Part shown: in pieces, positions 29,033 through 37,919 of the stretch
Layout of the letters: every line of letters begins with the position of its first letter
Position numbering within the stretch: the first letter of the stretch is position 1
NCBI GenBank assembly: GCA_963780755.1
Contig: CAWACX010000002.1
Coordinates: 273,426 to 337,425, forward strand
Direction: 5' to 3'
From: an uncultured Acidobacteriota bacterium
Lineage (GTDB): Bacteria > Actinomycetota > Acidimicrobiia > Spongiisociales > ZC4RG35
Length of the DNA: 64,000 nucleotides
Made by a program: the position numbers and the translations under genes
Notes under the pieces: generated by a model
The model's input: the letters and a program-made list of their open reading frames with translations, nothing else
What the model was told of the DNA's origin: nothing
Databases searched by the model: none

Positions 29033-30169
29033 ATGGTCGAAACGAAGGCAACACAACCCAGGGTCCGGGATCTCACCACGGCTGCCCGTCACATCCCCCT
29101 CGAGGACGACGGGGCTGCCATCTACGACGTGATCCTTGCCCTCTGGGCCAGCTTCAACCCCGAAGAGGACACCCAGGGCTTCGACCTGGGTCAGGAGTGG
29201 TTCCAGTCGCTCGCCGACCGCACCGCACCTGACCTTCGGGTAGAGATCGAGTTCCTCGGCGGACCGGGATGCGGCGCCTGGCTCAGCATTGCCGGTCTCG
29301 CCGCCAGCTCCCCGCATCCCCACGACCCGGACCGGGTCCTTACCTGGCTGGGCCGGATCGACCCCCAGCGGCTCCGGCGCTGGCTCATCGGATCGATCGA
29401 CCACTTCCGCAACAGCGGGTTGATCGAGGAAGCCGCCGAAGGGAACAGAGAGGCACTGGACTCACTGCTCGGAGACGAGCTCGATGACGAGCAGCGAGGC
29501 AAGGTGATCGGTCTCCTCGAAATCGATCCCGTCGAGCTTCGTGACCGGATGGTGGGAGCGCTGGCCCGATTTCGCACCGAGGTCTTCAGTTCGGACGAGC
29601 AGGACTTTGGTGCTGCAGTGGGGCGGGCCGCGGTTGCCCGCCGGGCGACGGCCAACCTCGACGATGCCAAGACCGTGATCGAAGAAGTCACCAACGGACT
29701 CGACTACGAGATCCCGCTTGGCGTGACCAGGGTGATCCTCATCCCCTCCGTGGTCCTTCGCCCCCTCTCTCTCATCGACCAGTTCCGGGACACGCTCCTC
29801 GTTTTCTATGCGGTGGCCGACGAGTTCCTCGACTCGGACCCCGAGGCGCCACCATCCTGGATGGTTCGGACCTACAAGGCGCTTGGCGACGAGCGGCGGC
29901 TTCGCATCCTGCGTCGGTTGTCCGAGGAGGAGACCAGTCTCGATGATCTGACCGAACTACTCGGCCTCTCCAAGTCGACGGTGCACCACCACATCTCGGT
30001 CTTGAGGGCTGCCGGTCTGGTCCGGGTCCACATCAGCAAGGACAAGGGGGCGTTCAAGCACGAGTCCAAGACCTACGCCCTGCGCGAGCAACCATTGGTC
30101 AACACCGGAAACCTGCTCGACAGCTACCTGCGGACTTCTCAGACACCTGCGAAAGGAGAGGCAGGATGA
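29033..30169 (+). CDS. ArsR-family winged-helix regulator with a ~290-aa N-terminal domain of unknown function
   Basis: C-terminal YKALGDERRLRILRRLSEEETSLDDLTELLGLSKSTVHHHISVLRAAGLV. ATG at 29033. Confidence 0.75.
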   Translation: MVETKATQPRVRDLTTAARHIPLEDDGAAIYDVILALWASFNPEEDTQGFDLGQEWFQSLADRTAPDLRVEIEFLGGPGCGAWLSIAGLAASSPHPHDPDRVLTWLGRIDPQRLRRWLIGSIDHFRNSGLIEEAAEGNREALDSLLGDELDDEQRGKVIGLLEIDPVELRDRMVGALARFRTEVFSSDEQDFGAAVGRAAVARRATANLDDAKTVIEEVTNGLDYEIPLGVTRVILIPSVVLRPLSLIDQFRDTLLVFYAVADEFLDSDPEAPPSWMVRTYKALGDERRLRILRRLSEEETSLDDLTELLGLSKSTVHHHISVLRAAGLVRVHISKDKGAFKHESKTYALREQPLVNTGNLLDSYLRTSQTPAKGEAG

Positions 30170-30381
30170 GCCCTTTTCTCTACAAGCCGATGGTCGACGG
30201 TCATCAGGAGATCGCCCACAACCGCGCCGCCCTGAGCAGGCTGCGCAAAGCGGACGCCTCCGAGCCTGACAGGAGTCGTCGCACGATCAGGGACGCGGTC
30301 GGGTTTCGCCTGATCGCCATCGGGGTGCGCCTCGTCGATCACCCGGTGGCCGCGGTGGAAGACCTCGACCAGGCGGCGTGA
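30166..30381 (+). CDS. small hypothetical protein translationally coupled (ATGA) to the ArsR-type regulator
   Basis: ORF 30166..30381 with GC-rich third positions. No family recognised. Confidence 0.4.
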   Translation: MSPFLYKPMVDGHQEIAHNRAALSRLRKADASEPDRSRRTIRDAVGFRLIAIGVRLVDHPVAAVEDLDQAA

Positions 30382-30385
30382 CCGA

Positions 30386-31195
30386 TCAGCCCGCTCCCCC
30401 CAGCTCCGAGGACCTCTTGGCCGCGGCCCGCACCGCGTCTTCCACCAGTGCCCTGAACCCACGCTCCTCGAGGACGTGCACGGCAGCGGCGGTGGTCCCA
30501 CCTGGTGAGGTCACCTGAGATCGCAGTTCGGCGGGGGTCTTGCCGGTGTTGGTGAGGAGGTGCCCGGCACCCCGAATCGTCTGGTGAACGAACCCCTCGG
30601 CGATGTCCCGGGGCAGCCCCTCCCTGACAGCAGCCTCGGTCAGGGCCTCGGCGAGGAGGAACACATACGCAGGGCCGGTGCCAGACACCGCGGTGACCGC
30701 ATCCAGGAGCGACTCCTCCATGATCCGGACCGAGCCCACCGCGCCGAGGATCTGGCCCGCGATCTCGAGGTGGTCGGGCCCGGAGTGAGCACCGGATGCG
30801 ATGCCGGTCACGCTCTCCCCGACCAGGGCCGGGGTGTTGGGCATTGCCCGGACGACGGGGACCGCTCCCAGGCGCTCCTCATAGGTGGCAGTGGTGACTC
30901 CGGCGGCGAGGGAGATCACCGTGTGCTCCGGCCCTACCTTGCCGGCGAGAGCTTCGAGGAGGGCCGGCACGTCTGCCGGCTTGACTGCGACCACCACGGC
31001 CTGGCGCCCCTCGAGGGCGACAACCGGGTCGGTGACTACCACACATCCGGTCGCCGTGAGCTGCTCGACCCGCTCCTGGCGCCGCACGCAGAGCGAGATC
31101 TCGTCTGGATTCCACTCGGCACGGAGCAGGCCCGACATCAGCGCCTCCCCCATGGCTCCGACCCCGATGATTGCTACCGACGCTCGTCCCGCCAT
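30386..31195 (-). CDS. proC: pyrroline-5-carboxylate reductase
   Basis: IIGVGAMGEAL..VRAMPNTPALVG..VTSPGGTT. Confidence 0.9.
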   Translation of the reverse strand: MAGRASVAIIGVGAMGEALMSGLLRAEWNPDEISLCVRRQERVEQLTATGCVVVTDPVVALEGRQAVVVAVKPADVPALLEALAGKVGPEHTVISLAAGVTTATYEERLGAVPVVRAMPNTPALVGESVTGIASGAHSGPDHLEIAGQILGAVGSVRIMEESLLDAVTAVSGTGPAYVFLLAEALTEAAVREGLPRDIAEGFVHQTIRGAGHLLTNTGKTPAELRSQVTSPGGTTAAAVHVLEERGFRALVEDAVRAAAKRSSELGGAG

Positions 31196-31223
31196 CGGGA
31201 AAGTATATGGACGGGCGGCCAGA

Positions 31224-31859
31224 TCACCCGAGTCGGGATCGGATCAACTCGACCACCGTCGCAACAGCCCGCGGGTTGTAGCCCTCGGGGATGATCAGGT
31301 CGGCGTATCGCTTCGAGCTCTCCACGTAGGCGAGGTGCATCGGCCGCACGGTGTCGAAGTACTGGGCGACCACCGACTCGGCGGTGCGACCCCTCTCTTC
31401 GATGTCCCGTTGCAGTCGACGGGCGAGGCGCACGTCGGAGTCGGTGTCGACGAAGATCTTGAGGTCGAGCTCGGACCGGAGCTCGGGCTCGAACAGGACC
31501 AGGATTCCTTCGACCACCACCACCGGTGCCGGCTCCACGGTGATGGTCTCATCGGACCTGAGGTGGACTGCGAAGTCGTAGACCGGCCGGTCGATTGGCT
31601 TCCCCGAGCGCAGGGTCACGAGATGCTCGACGAGAAGCTCAGTCTCCAGTGATGCCGGGTGGTCGTAATTGACCTTGGTGCGCTCCTCGAATGAGAGCTG
31701 GGGCATGTGCCGGTAGTAGGCGTCGTGTTGGACGATGGCGACCTGGCCATCGAGGTTGTCGACCACCGCCTCAGCGATCGTGGTCTTGCCTGATCCCGAT
31801 CCCCCGGCGATGCCGATGAAAAGAGGCCGGTCCGGATTCCATGGGCTGCGCTCGGGCAT
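31224..31859 (-). CDS. udk: uridine kinase
   Basis: FIGIAGGSGSGKTT..QHDAYY..NYDHP..DFAVH. Confidence 0.85.
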   Translation of the reverse strand: MPERSPWNPDRPLFIGIAGGSGSGKTTIAEAVVDNLDGQVAIVQHDAYYRHMPQLSFEERTKVNYDHPASLETELLVEHLVTLRSGKPIDRPVYDFAVHLRSDETITVEPAPVVVVEGILVLFEPELRSELDLKIFVDTDSDVRLARRLQRDIEERGRTAESVVAQYFDTVRPMHLAYVESSKRYADLIIPEGYNPRAVATVVELIRSRLG

Positions 31860-31871
31860 GCCCTGGCGACG

Positions 31872-32726
31872 TTACCGGTCGGCTACCCGGCTCCGCAGGC
31901 GACGGATCTCGTCGTAGACGCCATCTGTGAGCGTGGTCGATGCCGGCGCGGAAACTCCGACGACCTCTGCATCTTCCTTGCGCTCCGGGCGAGAAACGGG
32001 CTCAACGGCCTTGGCTAATGCCACCGGCTCGGGCTGTTCGGCGGCCACAGCCACCGGCTCGGGCTCCGGGGTCTCGGATTCGGGCAGGTGCTCGAGCCAG
32101 GCCGGAGTGGCGGCTCCAGGGGCAACGTCCTCCGCGAGGCGGTCGAGCCAGCCAGACTCGCCCTCCTCCGCAGCCAGCGCCTCGGCCATCCCGAGGCGGT
32201 GAAGGGTGTGGAAGATCCGGACTGCGGTCCCACGCCCGAACTTGGTCTCGAGGTGGTTGAAGGTAAACGGCTGAACCAGGGTGACCAGGGCGTGCCAGTC
32301 CTCGGGATCGATGGTGATTGGGCCCTCGAGCTCACGGACGAGGCGGACTCCGGAGGCTTCGAACAGCCCGGCATCAACCACTTCACCCTCGAGGGAGTGC
32401 AACGCCTCGACGTCGGCGAGGACTTCCTCGACTGTCCACCCCTTGATCTCCGGGCCGTCGGCGGGACCTACGGAGAACTGCCCGCTCTCGAGGGTGGAGA
32501 TGACATAGAGGATGTCGGCGATGCCGCTGCGGTCGGCGCCCAGATAGCTGCCCTTGGCCCCGGTCAGCTCGGCGCCGGTGACCCGACCCTCGCTGAAGAA
32601 CACACGGGCTCGGCGCTCGCCCTCGATGTCGAGGGAGCCGGTCTTCTTGGTGACCTGCATGATCTGAAGGAGGTCGTTGACGCTCCAGTCAGAAAGCTGG
32701 CCCGAAAGATGCATCTGTCCGTCCAT
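31872..32726 (-). CDS. DUF4388 (PATAN-like) domain protein with acidic PE-rich tail
   Basis: SGQLSDWSVNDLLQIMQVTKKTGSLDIEGERRARVFFSEGRV. Confidence 0.6.
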   Translation of the reverse strand: MDGQMHLSGQLSDWSVNDLLQIMQVTKKTGSLDIEGERRARVFFSEGRVTGAELTGAKGSYLGADRSGIADILYVISTLESGQFSVGPADGPEIKGWTVEEVLADVEALHSLEGEVVDAGLFEASGVRLVRELEGPITIDPEDWHALVTLVQPFTFNHLETKFGRGTAVRIFHTLHRLGMAEALAAEEGESGWLDRLAEDVAPGAATPAWLEHLPESETPEPEPVAVAAEQPEPVALAKAVEPVSRPERKEDAEVVGVSAPASTTLTDGVYDEIRRLRSRVADR

Positions 32727-32789
32727 GGATGGGCCCCTGTCCCTATTCAGCCCAATATCGGCAGGCCCATCCAGAAGGTTGAGACCTGT

Positions 32790-33350
32790 TCAGACCTCTT
32801 TTTTGGCCTTCATCGCCCGTTTCTGCTCCCGAAGCACGGCGACGTCGTCGAACCGGGCGACGTCGGCGATGCTGGGCCAGTCCGCCGCCTTCTCCTCCCA
32901 GCCCTCGGGCTGGACGCCGAGGCGCTTGCCGAGAAGACCTACGAAGATCCTGGACTTGGCGACCCCGAACCCGGGAAGCGCCTGGAGCCGGCGCAACAAC
33001 TCGGCGCCGTCGTCGGCGGTCTCCCATAAGGTCTCGGCCCGCCCGCCGTATTCGTCGACGACCACCCGGCACAGCTCTTGGGTTCGCCCCGCCATGGAAC
33101 CCGGATAGCGATGGATCGCCGGAGGGCCGCGGAAGACCGACTCCAATTCTTCTGGGTCCCACTCGGCGATCCGCTTGGCGTCGAGGGGCTCACCGAGCCG
33201 ATCCGTCAGCAACTGCGGGCCGTAGAAGGCGCGCTCCATGGGAAACTGCTGGTCGAGGAGCATGCCAATGAGCAGGGCCAACCCGTCGCTGGCCAGCAGG
33301 CGGTTGGCTTCCTCTGATTCAGTGAAGAAGAGTTGGTCGGGTCGGGCCAT
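32790..33350 (-). CDS. HhH-GPD-family base-excision-repair-like protein
   Basis: ..LQALPGFGVAKSRIFVGLL.. ATG at 33350 inside ORF 32790..33476. Confidence 0.6.
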   Translation of the reverse strand: MARPDQLFFTESEEANRLLASDGLALLIGMLLDQQFPMERAFYGPQLLTDRLGEPLDAKRIAEWDPEELESVFRGPPAIHRYPGSMAGRTQELCRVVVDEYGGRAETLWETADDGAELLRRLQALPGFGVAKSRIFVGLLGKRLGVQPEGWEEKAADWPSIADVARFDDVAVLREQKRAMKAKKEV

Positions 33351-33560
33351 GACCCAAACGGTAGTTCTCAGAAGATGGCGCGAATCAGGGCGTAGAGGAC
33401 GAGCAGCCCGGCGGGGACGTAGGCGGCGATCGAAGTTTGGTCTCTGGTGCGTCCGCTCATGCTCATCTGACTTCAACGTAAGGTGAATCGGTTCCCCGGG
33501 ATATGGGGGTTGTCCCCTATCCGACCCCGGCGTTGTGGCCAGAATGTGAGCGCATTGAGA

Positions 33561-34772
33561 ATGAGCGATGACATTTTCCTAGTCGATGGCTGTCGGACTC
33601 CGATGGGGAAACTCGGGGGGCAGCTGGCCCATGTCCGACCCGACGATCTCGCCGCCCACGCCATCAAGAGGCTGATGGCCCGGAACCCTGGCCTGGACCC
33701 GGCAGCCATCGAGGACGTCCAGTGGGGGGCGGCGAACCAGGCCGGCGAGGACAATCGCAACGTGGCCCGGATGGCGGCGCTCCTTGCCGGGCTCCCGGTC
33801 GAGGTCCCTGGGGCCACCGTCAACCGCCTGTGCGGATCGGGCATGCAGGCCCTGATATCAGCGGCACACGCATTGCGCGACGGATGGGGCGACGTGATGA
33901 TCGCCGGCGGGTCAGAGTCGATGAGCCGGGCCCCATACGTCACCACCAAGGCCGACCGGGCCTTCCCCGTCGGTGTGCCCGAGACCGCCGACACCGTGAT
34001 CGGCTGGCGTCTCATCAACCCTGAGATGGAGCGGCTCTATCCGGTGATCTCGCTGGGAATGACGGCCGAGGTCGTCGCCGAGAAGTACGAGGTGACCAGG
34101 GAGGACCAGGACCAGTTCGCGTTGCGCAGCCATCGGCTCGCGATGGACGCGGTGCAGTCAGGGCGGTTCAAGGATGAGATCGAGCCCCTCGATGCGACAA
34201 CCGATCATCGTGGGCGGGCCTCGACGACGATCGACAGCGACGAGGGGCCGCGCTCCGACACCTCGCTCGAGAAGCTGGCAGCCCTTCCCGCGGTGTTCAA
34301 GGATGGTGGAACCGTCACCGCCGGGAACTCCTCACCGATGAACGACGGGGCAGCCGCCCTCCTGTTAGCCACCGAAGCCGGCCTCGATCGCCATGGTCTC
34401 ACCCCGATCGCCCGCATCCTGAGCTCGGGCGCCTCGGGTGTCCATCCCGACGTGATGGGCATGGGGCCGGTCCCCGCCTCGGAGAAAGCACTGGCCCGCG
34501 CCGGGATCGGGGTCGGCAACCTCGACCTGGTCGAGATCAACGAAGCGTTCGCATCCCAAGCCGTCGCCTGCATTCGCCAGCTCGGAATCGATGAGGAGAT
34601 CGTCAACGTCAACGGTGGGGCTATCGCCTTGGGGCATCCCCTCGGAGCATCCGGCGCCCGGTTGTTGGTGACCCTCGCCCACGAGCTGGTGAGGCGCCAA
34701 GGCCGGTACGGGCTGGCCGCGATGTGCATCGGGGTGGGCCAGGGGATCGCAGTGACACTCGAACGTGTCTGA
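33561..34772 (+). CDS. acetyl-CoA C-acyltransferase (thiolase)
   Basis: VNRLCGSGMQA active-site Cys and C-terminal NGGAIALGHPLGASG..CIGVGQG. Confidence 0.9.
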   Translation: MSDDIFLVDGCRTPMGKLGGQLAHVRPDDLAAHAIKRLMARNPGLDPAAIEDVQWGAANQAGEDNRNVARMAALLAGLPVEVPGATVNRLCGSGMQALISAAHALRDGWGDVMIAGGSESMSRAPYVTTKADRAFPVGVPETADTVIGWRLINPEMERLYPVISLGMTAEVVAEKYEVTREDQDQFALRSHRLAMDAVQSGRFKDEIEPLDATTDHRGRASTTIDSDEGPRSDTSLEKLAALPAVFKDGGTVTAGNSSPMNDGAAALLLATEAGLDRHGLTPIARILSSGASGVHPDVMGMGPVPASEKALARAGIGVGNLDLVEINEAFASQAVACIRQLGIDEEIVNVNGGAIALGHPLGASGARLLVTLAHELVRRQGRYGLAAMCIGVGQGIAVTLERV

Positions 34773-35949
34773 GGGCTCCCCCCTGCACGGTGTTCTGGTC
34801 GTGGAGTTCGGCAACCTGATCGCGGCCCCCTACGCATGCATGTTGCTCGCCGACCTCGGGGCCAGAGTGGTCAAGGTCGAGCCGGCGGGTGGAGACCTGG
34901 GCCGCCGCTTCGGCCCTTTTCAAGGCGACGAGTCCAGCTTCTTCATGGCGGTCAACAGGGGCAAGGAGTCGCTGGCGCTGGACACGAAGGACTGGCTGTC
35001 GAAAAGAGTCCTGGACAACCTGGTGAAGAAGGCCGACGTCCTGGTCCACAATCTCCGACCGGGGGCGATCGAGCGCCTCGGGTTCGGCGAGGCCAGGGCC
35101 CGGGATCTCAACCTGAACCTGGTCTACGGGGTGGTCAGCGCCTTCGGCGCCGACGGCCCCTACGCCCGCAGGGCCGGTGTCGATGTCGTCTTCCAGGGGG
35201 AGTCGGGGATGATCTCGATCAGCGGTGACCCCAGAGATGGCCCGCACAAGACGGCGACCACGATTGCTGACTACGTGGCCGGGACCAACATGGCACTCGC
35301 CGTTTCGGCCGCCCTTGCCAAGAAGCGGCCCCGCGGGTGTCGCATCGATGTCTCGCTCCGGGACGGGGTCATGGCGGTGCAGTCGGGTTGGAACGCCCTG
35401 GCCCTGGCCGCCGGCGGGGACCCGGCCCGCACCGGGACTGCGAGCCCGTTCATCAGCCCCAACCAGGTGTTCACCGCCTCCGATGCGCCGTTCACACTCG
35501 CCATCGTCTCCGACCGGCATTTCGAGTTGATGGCCGACGCCCTGGAACGGCCCGATCTCGCCAAGGCCTACCCGGACAACGCCTCCCGGATGGAGCACCG
35601 CGATCAGTTGGCCCGCAAGTTGGCCAGGATCTTCAAGACCGAGCCCGCCGAGTACTGGATCGAGCTTTTCGAACAAGTCGGCCTGCCCACCGGCCGTGTG
35701 CTGACTCTCACCGAATCGCTCGCCGACCCCCAGGCCCGCCACAACGAGATGCTGGTGGAGATGGAGCACCCGACTGCAGGCCCGATCCGGGTCACCGGGT
35801 CACCGATAAGGATCGACGGCTCTCCGGCTCGCTCCGCGTCTCCACCTATGCCCCTCGGCCAGCACACCCGATCGCTGCTCGCCGAGCTCGGCCTGGACGC
35901 GTCCACCATCGACGAAATGATCGAGAAGGGGACGGCGATCGTCGCATGA
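34765..35949 (+). CDS. family III CoA-transferase (CaiB/BaiF)
   Basis: LHGVLVVEFGNLIAAPYACMLLADLGARVVKVE. Confidence 0.85.
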   Translation: MSEGSPLHGVLVVEFGNLIAAPYACMLLADLGARVVKVEPAGGDLGRRFGPFQGDESSFFMAVNRGKESLALDTKDWLSKRVLDNLVKKADVLVHNLRPGAIERLGFGEARARDLNLNLVYGVVSAFGADGPYARRAGVDVVFQGESGMISISGDPRDGPHKTATTIADYVAGTNMALAVSAALAKKRPRGCRIDVSLRDGVMAVQSGWNALALAAGGDPARTGTASPFISPNQVFTASDAPFTLAIVSDRHFELMADALERPDLAKAYPDNASRMEHRDQLARKLARIFKTEPAEYWIELFEQVGLPTGRVLTLTESLADPQARHNEMLVEMEHPTAGPIRVTGSPIRIDGSPARSASPPMPLGQHTRSLLAELGLDASTIDEMIEKGTAIVA

Positions 35950-36323
35950 GCGTTGTGATTCATCGCCCGGGGGAATTTGGGGACGACTGGAACCAGGTTC
36001 TGGCCGAGCTGACACGCGCCTTCGAGGTGACCCGGGCGGCGGCGCAGGCCGGGGATCCGGTGGTCTATGTCGTCCACGGCGATGACCTCCTGGGAAGGAG
36101 GGGTCCCGGTAGGGCGATGGTGGCCACCGGCCTCCTCTCGGCAGCGAGGACCGCCGCGTTGGAGGGGGTCAAGGAGGGGTGGACGGTGAACGTAATCGCG
36201 GTCGGTGACGGGGTGGAGTCTGCCCTCATCGAGGAATGGGCCGGTCATCTGGAACGGTCCCCGGACATCACCGGCGAGCTGTTGCGCGTCGGGCCCGGCC
36301 ACCTCGGCAAGGCCCTGCCGTGA
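35946..36323 (+). CDS. 125-aa Rossmann-remnant protein lacking a GxxxGxG motif (putative non-catalytic partner of the downstream SDR)
   Basis: ATGA coupling upstream and GTGA coupling downstream. ..PVVYVVHGDDLLGRRGPGRAMVATGLLSAARTAALE..VNVIAVG.. Confidence 0.45.
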   Translation: MSVVIHRPGEFGDDWNQVLAELTRAFEVTRAAAQAGDPVVYVVHGDDLLGRRGPGRAMVATGLLSAARTAALEGVKEGWTVNVIAVGDGVESALIEEWAGHLERSPDITGELLRVGPGHLGKALP

Positions 36324-37018
36324 ACGGGGTGGTGGTGGTCACCGGGGCGGCCCGGGGCATCGGCCGGGCAATTTCCGAGAAGATGGCGGGTGCCGGGCCG
36401 TTCACCGTGATCGGAGTCGACCTCGCACCGGAGCTGGCGCTGGCCGAGGCTCTCTCTCCCGTCCAGATCGACCTCACTTCCGCAGAAGGCCCGGCGACGG
36501 TCCGCGATGCGGTGCTCGCGACCGGCCTCCCTCTTCTCGGGCTGGTGAACAACGCCGGGATCACCAGGGACTCTCGGCTGGTCAACATGACCGATGAGAA
36601 CTTCAGAGCGGTCCTGGAGGTCAACCTGGGGGCCGCCTACCGGCTGAGCACCGAGCTCGCCCCGTTGATGATTGACGGAGCCTCGATCGTCAACATCTCC
36701 TCGCGGGCATACCTGGGCAACTTCGGCCAGTTCAACTACTCGATGTCGAAAGGCGGGGTGGTCGGGCTGACCCGGGCCTTGGCGCTGACCCTGGCCCCTG
36801 CGATCAGGGTCAACGCGGTGGCCCCGGGGTTGATCGGCTCCGAGATGAGCCTGGCCATCCCCGAAGAGGTGCGGGAGAGGATGGTCTCGGCTATACCCCT
36901 GGAGCGGATGGGTTGGCCGGACGAGGTGGCCAACCTCGTCTGGTTCCTGCTGACGCCGCTGTCGTCTTACATCACCGGCGAGGTGATCGTGATCGGTGGG
37001 GGCCGGAGCCTTTCGTAG
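36320..37018 (+). CDS. short-chain dehydrogenase/reductase (FabG-like)
   Basis: VVVVTGAARGIGRA..NNAGI..YSMSKGG. Confidence 0.85.
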   Translation: MNGVVVVTGAARGIGRAISEKMAGAGPFTVIGVDLAPELALAEALSPVQIDLTSAEGPATVRDAVLATGLPLLGLVNNAGITRDSRLVNMTDENFRAVLEVNLGAAYRLSTELAPLMIDGASIVNISSRAYLGNFGQFNYSMSKGGVVGLTRALALTLAPAIRVNAVAPGLIGSEMSLAIPEEVRERMVSAIPLERMGWPDEVANLVWFLLTPLSSYITGEVIVIGGGRSLS

Positions 37019-37025
37019 GGAGCCC

Positions 37026-37084
37026 CCCTCGAGATTTGGACGAACAGGGGTCGAGGAGTGACCTCACGATCCAAATTTCGGGGC
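37026..37084. repeat. copy A of the stop-codon-proximal palindromic element, between convergent SDR and MaoC genes
   Basis: CCCTCGAGATTTGGACGAACAGGGGTCGAGGAGTGACCTCACGATCCAAATTTCGGGG, with a stem of about 13 bp. About 75% identical to copy B with the same termini. Confidence 0.65.
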
Positions 37085-37086
37085 GG

Positions 37087-37533
37087 TCAGTACAGATAAC
37101 GGCTCACTGTCTCGGCGACCATCGCCGGCTTCTCCCCGCCTTCGACCTCGATGGTGACCTGGCGGTTGACCTGGATCCCGCCCGGCACCTCGCTGACACC
37201 GAGCAAGGCCACCCTGGCCCTGATCCTCGATCCCACAGGGACCGGGGCCGGAAATCGGACCTTCTCCAACCCGTAGTTGATCCCCATCTTCGGACTGCCC
37301 ACGTCGAGCTCGACCTCGGCGCTGAGCGGGACCGTCAACGCAAGGGTGAGAAAGCCGTGGGCGATGGTCCCCCCGAAGGGCCCACTTGCAGCCCGTGCCG
37401 AGTCGACGTGGATCCACTGTTGGTCATCGGTGGCGTCGGCGAAGGCGTCCACCCGCTCCTGTGTGATCTCCATCCAGTCGGTCACCCCTACTTCCTCGCC
37501 AATCATCGCCTGGAGTCGGTCGAGCACTTCCAC
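37087..37533 (-). CDS. MaoC-family (R)-specific enoyl-CoA hydratase/dehydratase
   Basis: FADATDDQQWIHVD..GGTIAHGFLTL. Confidence 0.8.
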   Translation of the reverse strand: MEVLDRLQAMIGEEVGVTDWMEITQERVDAFADATDDQQWIHVDSARAASGPFGGTIAHGFLTLALTVPLSAEVELDVGSPKMGINYGLEKVRFPAPVPVGSRIRARVALLGVSEVPGGIQVNRQVTIEVEGGEKPAMVAETVSRYLY

Positions 37534-37571
37534 ATCCGGATTCTGGCAGAAGACCCGGTATCGCCTAGCTT

Positions 37572-37886
37572 GTGAGTGTCATGGCCAAAGAGACGAAATT
37601 GATGGTCTGGATCGACCAGGACCTTTGCACCGGCGACGGGATCTGCGAGGAGATCACGCCTGACGTGTTCCTGGGTCGCGACGACGGGTTGTGGGTGGTG
37701 AAGGAGGAGGCCAAGTACTTCGACCGGACGGTGGTCTTCGACGGCGAGCAGGCTCCCGATGGAGCTCGGGGCATGGCCCGCGTCCCCGACAACCTGGTCC
37801 AGGACACCCTGGAGTCGGCCGAGGAGTGCCCCGGTGAGTGCATCATGATCGAGCCCTACAGCGCCGACGCCGTGTACGAGGGCTGA
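37572..37886 (+). CDS. small ferredoxin (single-cluster, actinobacterial Fdx type)
   Basis: IDQDLCTGDGICEEITPDVF ... ECPGECI. Confidence 0.75.
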   Translation: MSVMAKETKLMVWIDQDLCTGDGICEEITPDVFLGRDDGLWVVKEEAKYFDRTVVFDGEQAPDGARGMARVPDNLVQDTLESAEECPGECIMIEPYSADAVYEG

Positions 37887-37919
37887 GGCGCCCCCTCCGA
37901 ACTACTGTCGGCCTCCGAG

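Noticed and set aside
32727-32789. 9-bp inverted repeat GGATGGGCC..GGCCCATCC with a 28-nt loop as a fifth copy of the palindromic element family
   Set aside because: It is placed after a stop codon like the others but shares no sequence with the A-D consensus. It is probably an unrelated terminator-like hairpin.
33473-33485. 12-mer TCAACGTAAGGT shared between 33473-33485 and 43147-43158
   Set aside because: A single 12-mer match is expected by chance many times among all position pairs in 64 kb, and no extended similarity surrounds it.
37026-37084. Stop-proximal palindromic elements as integron attC sites
   Set aside because: There is no intI integrase or attI. The flanking genes are ordinary core metabolism genes in mixed orientations, and I could not recognise the R''/R' core-site consensus.
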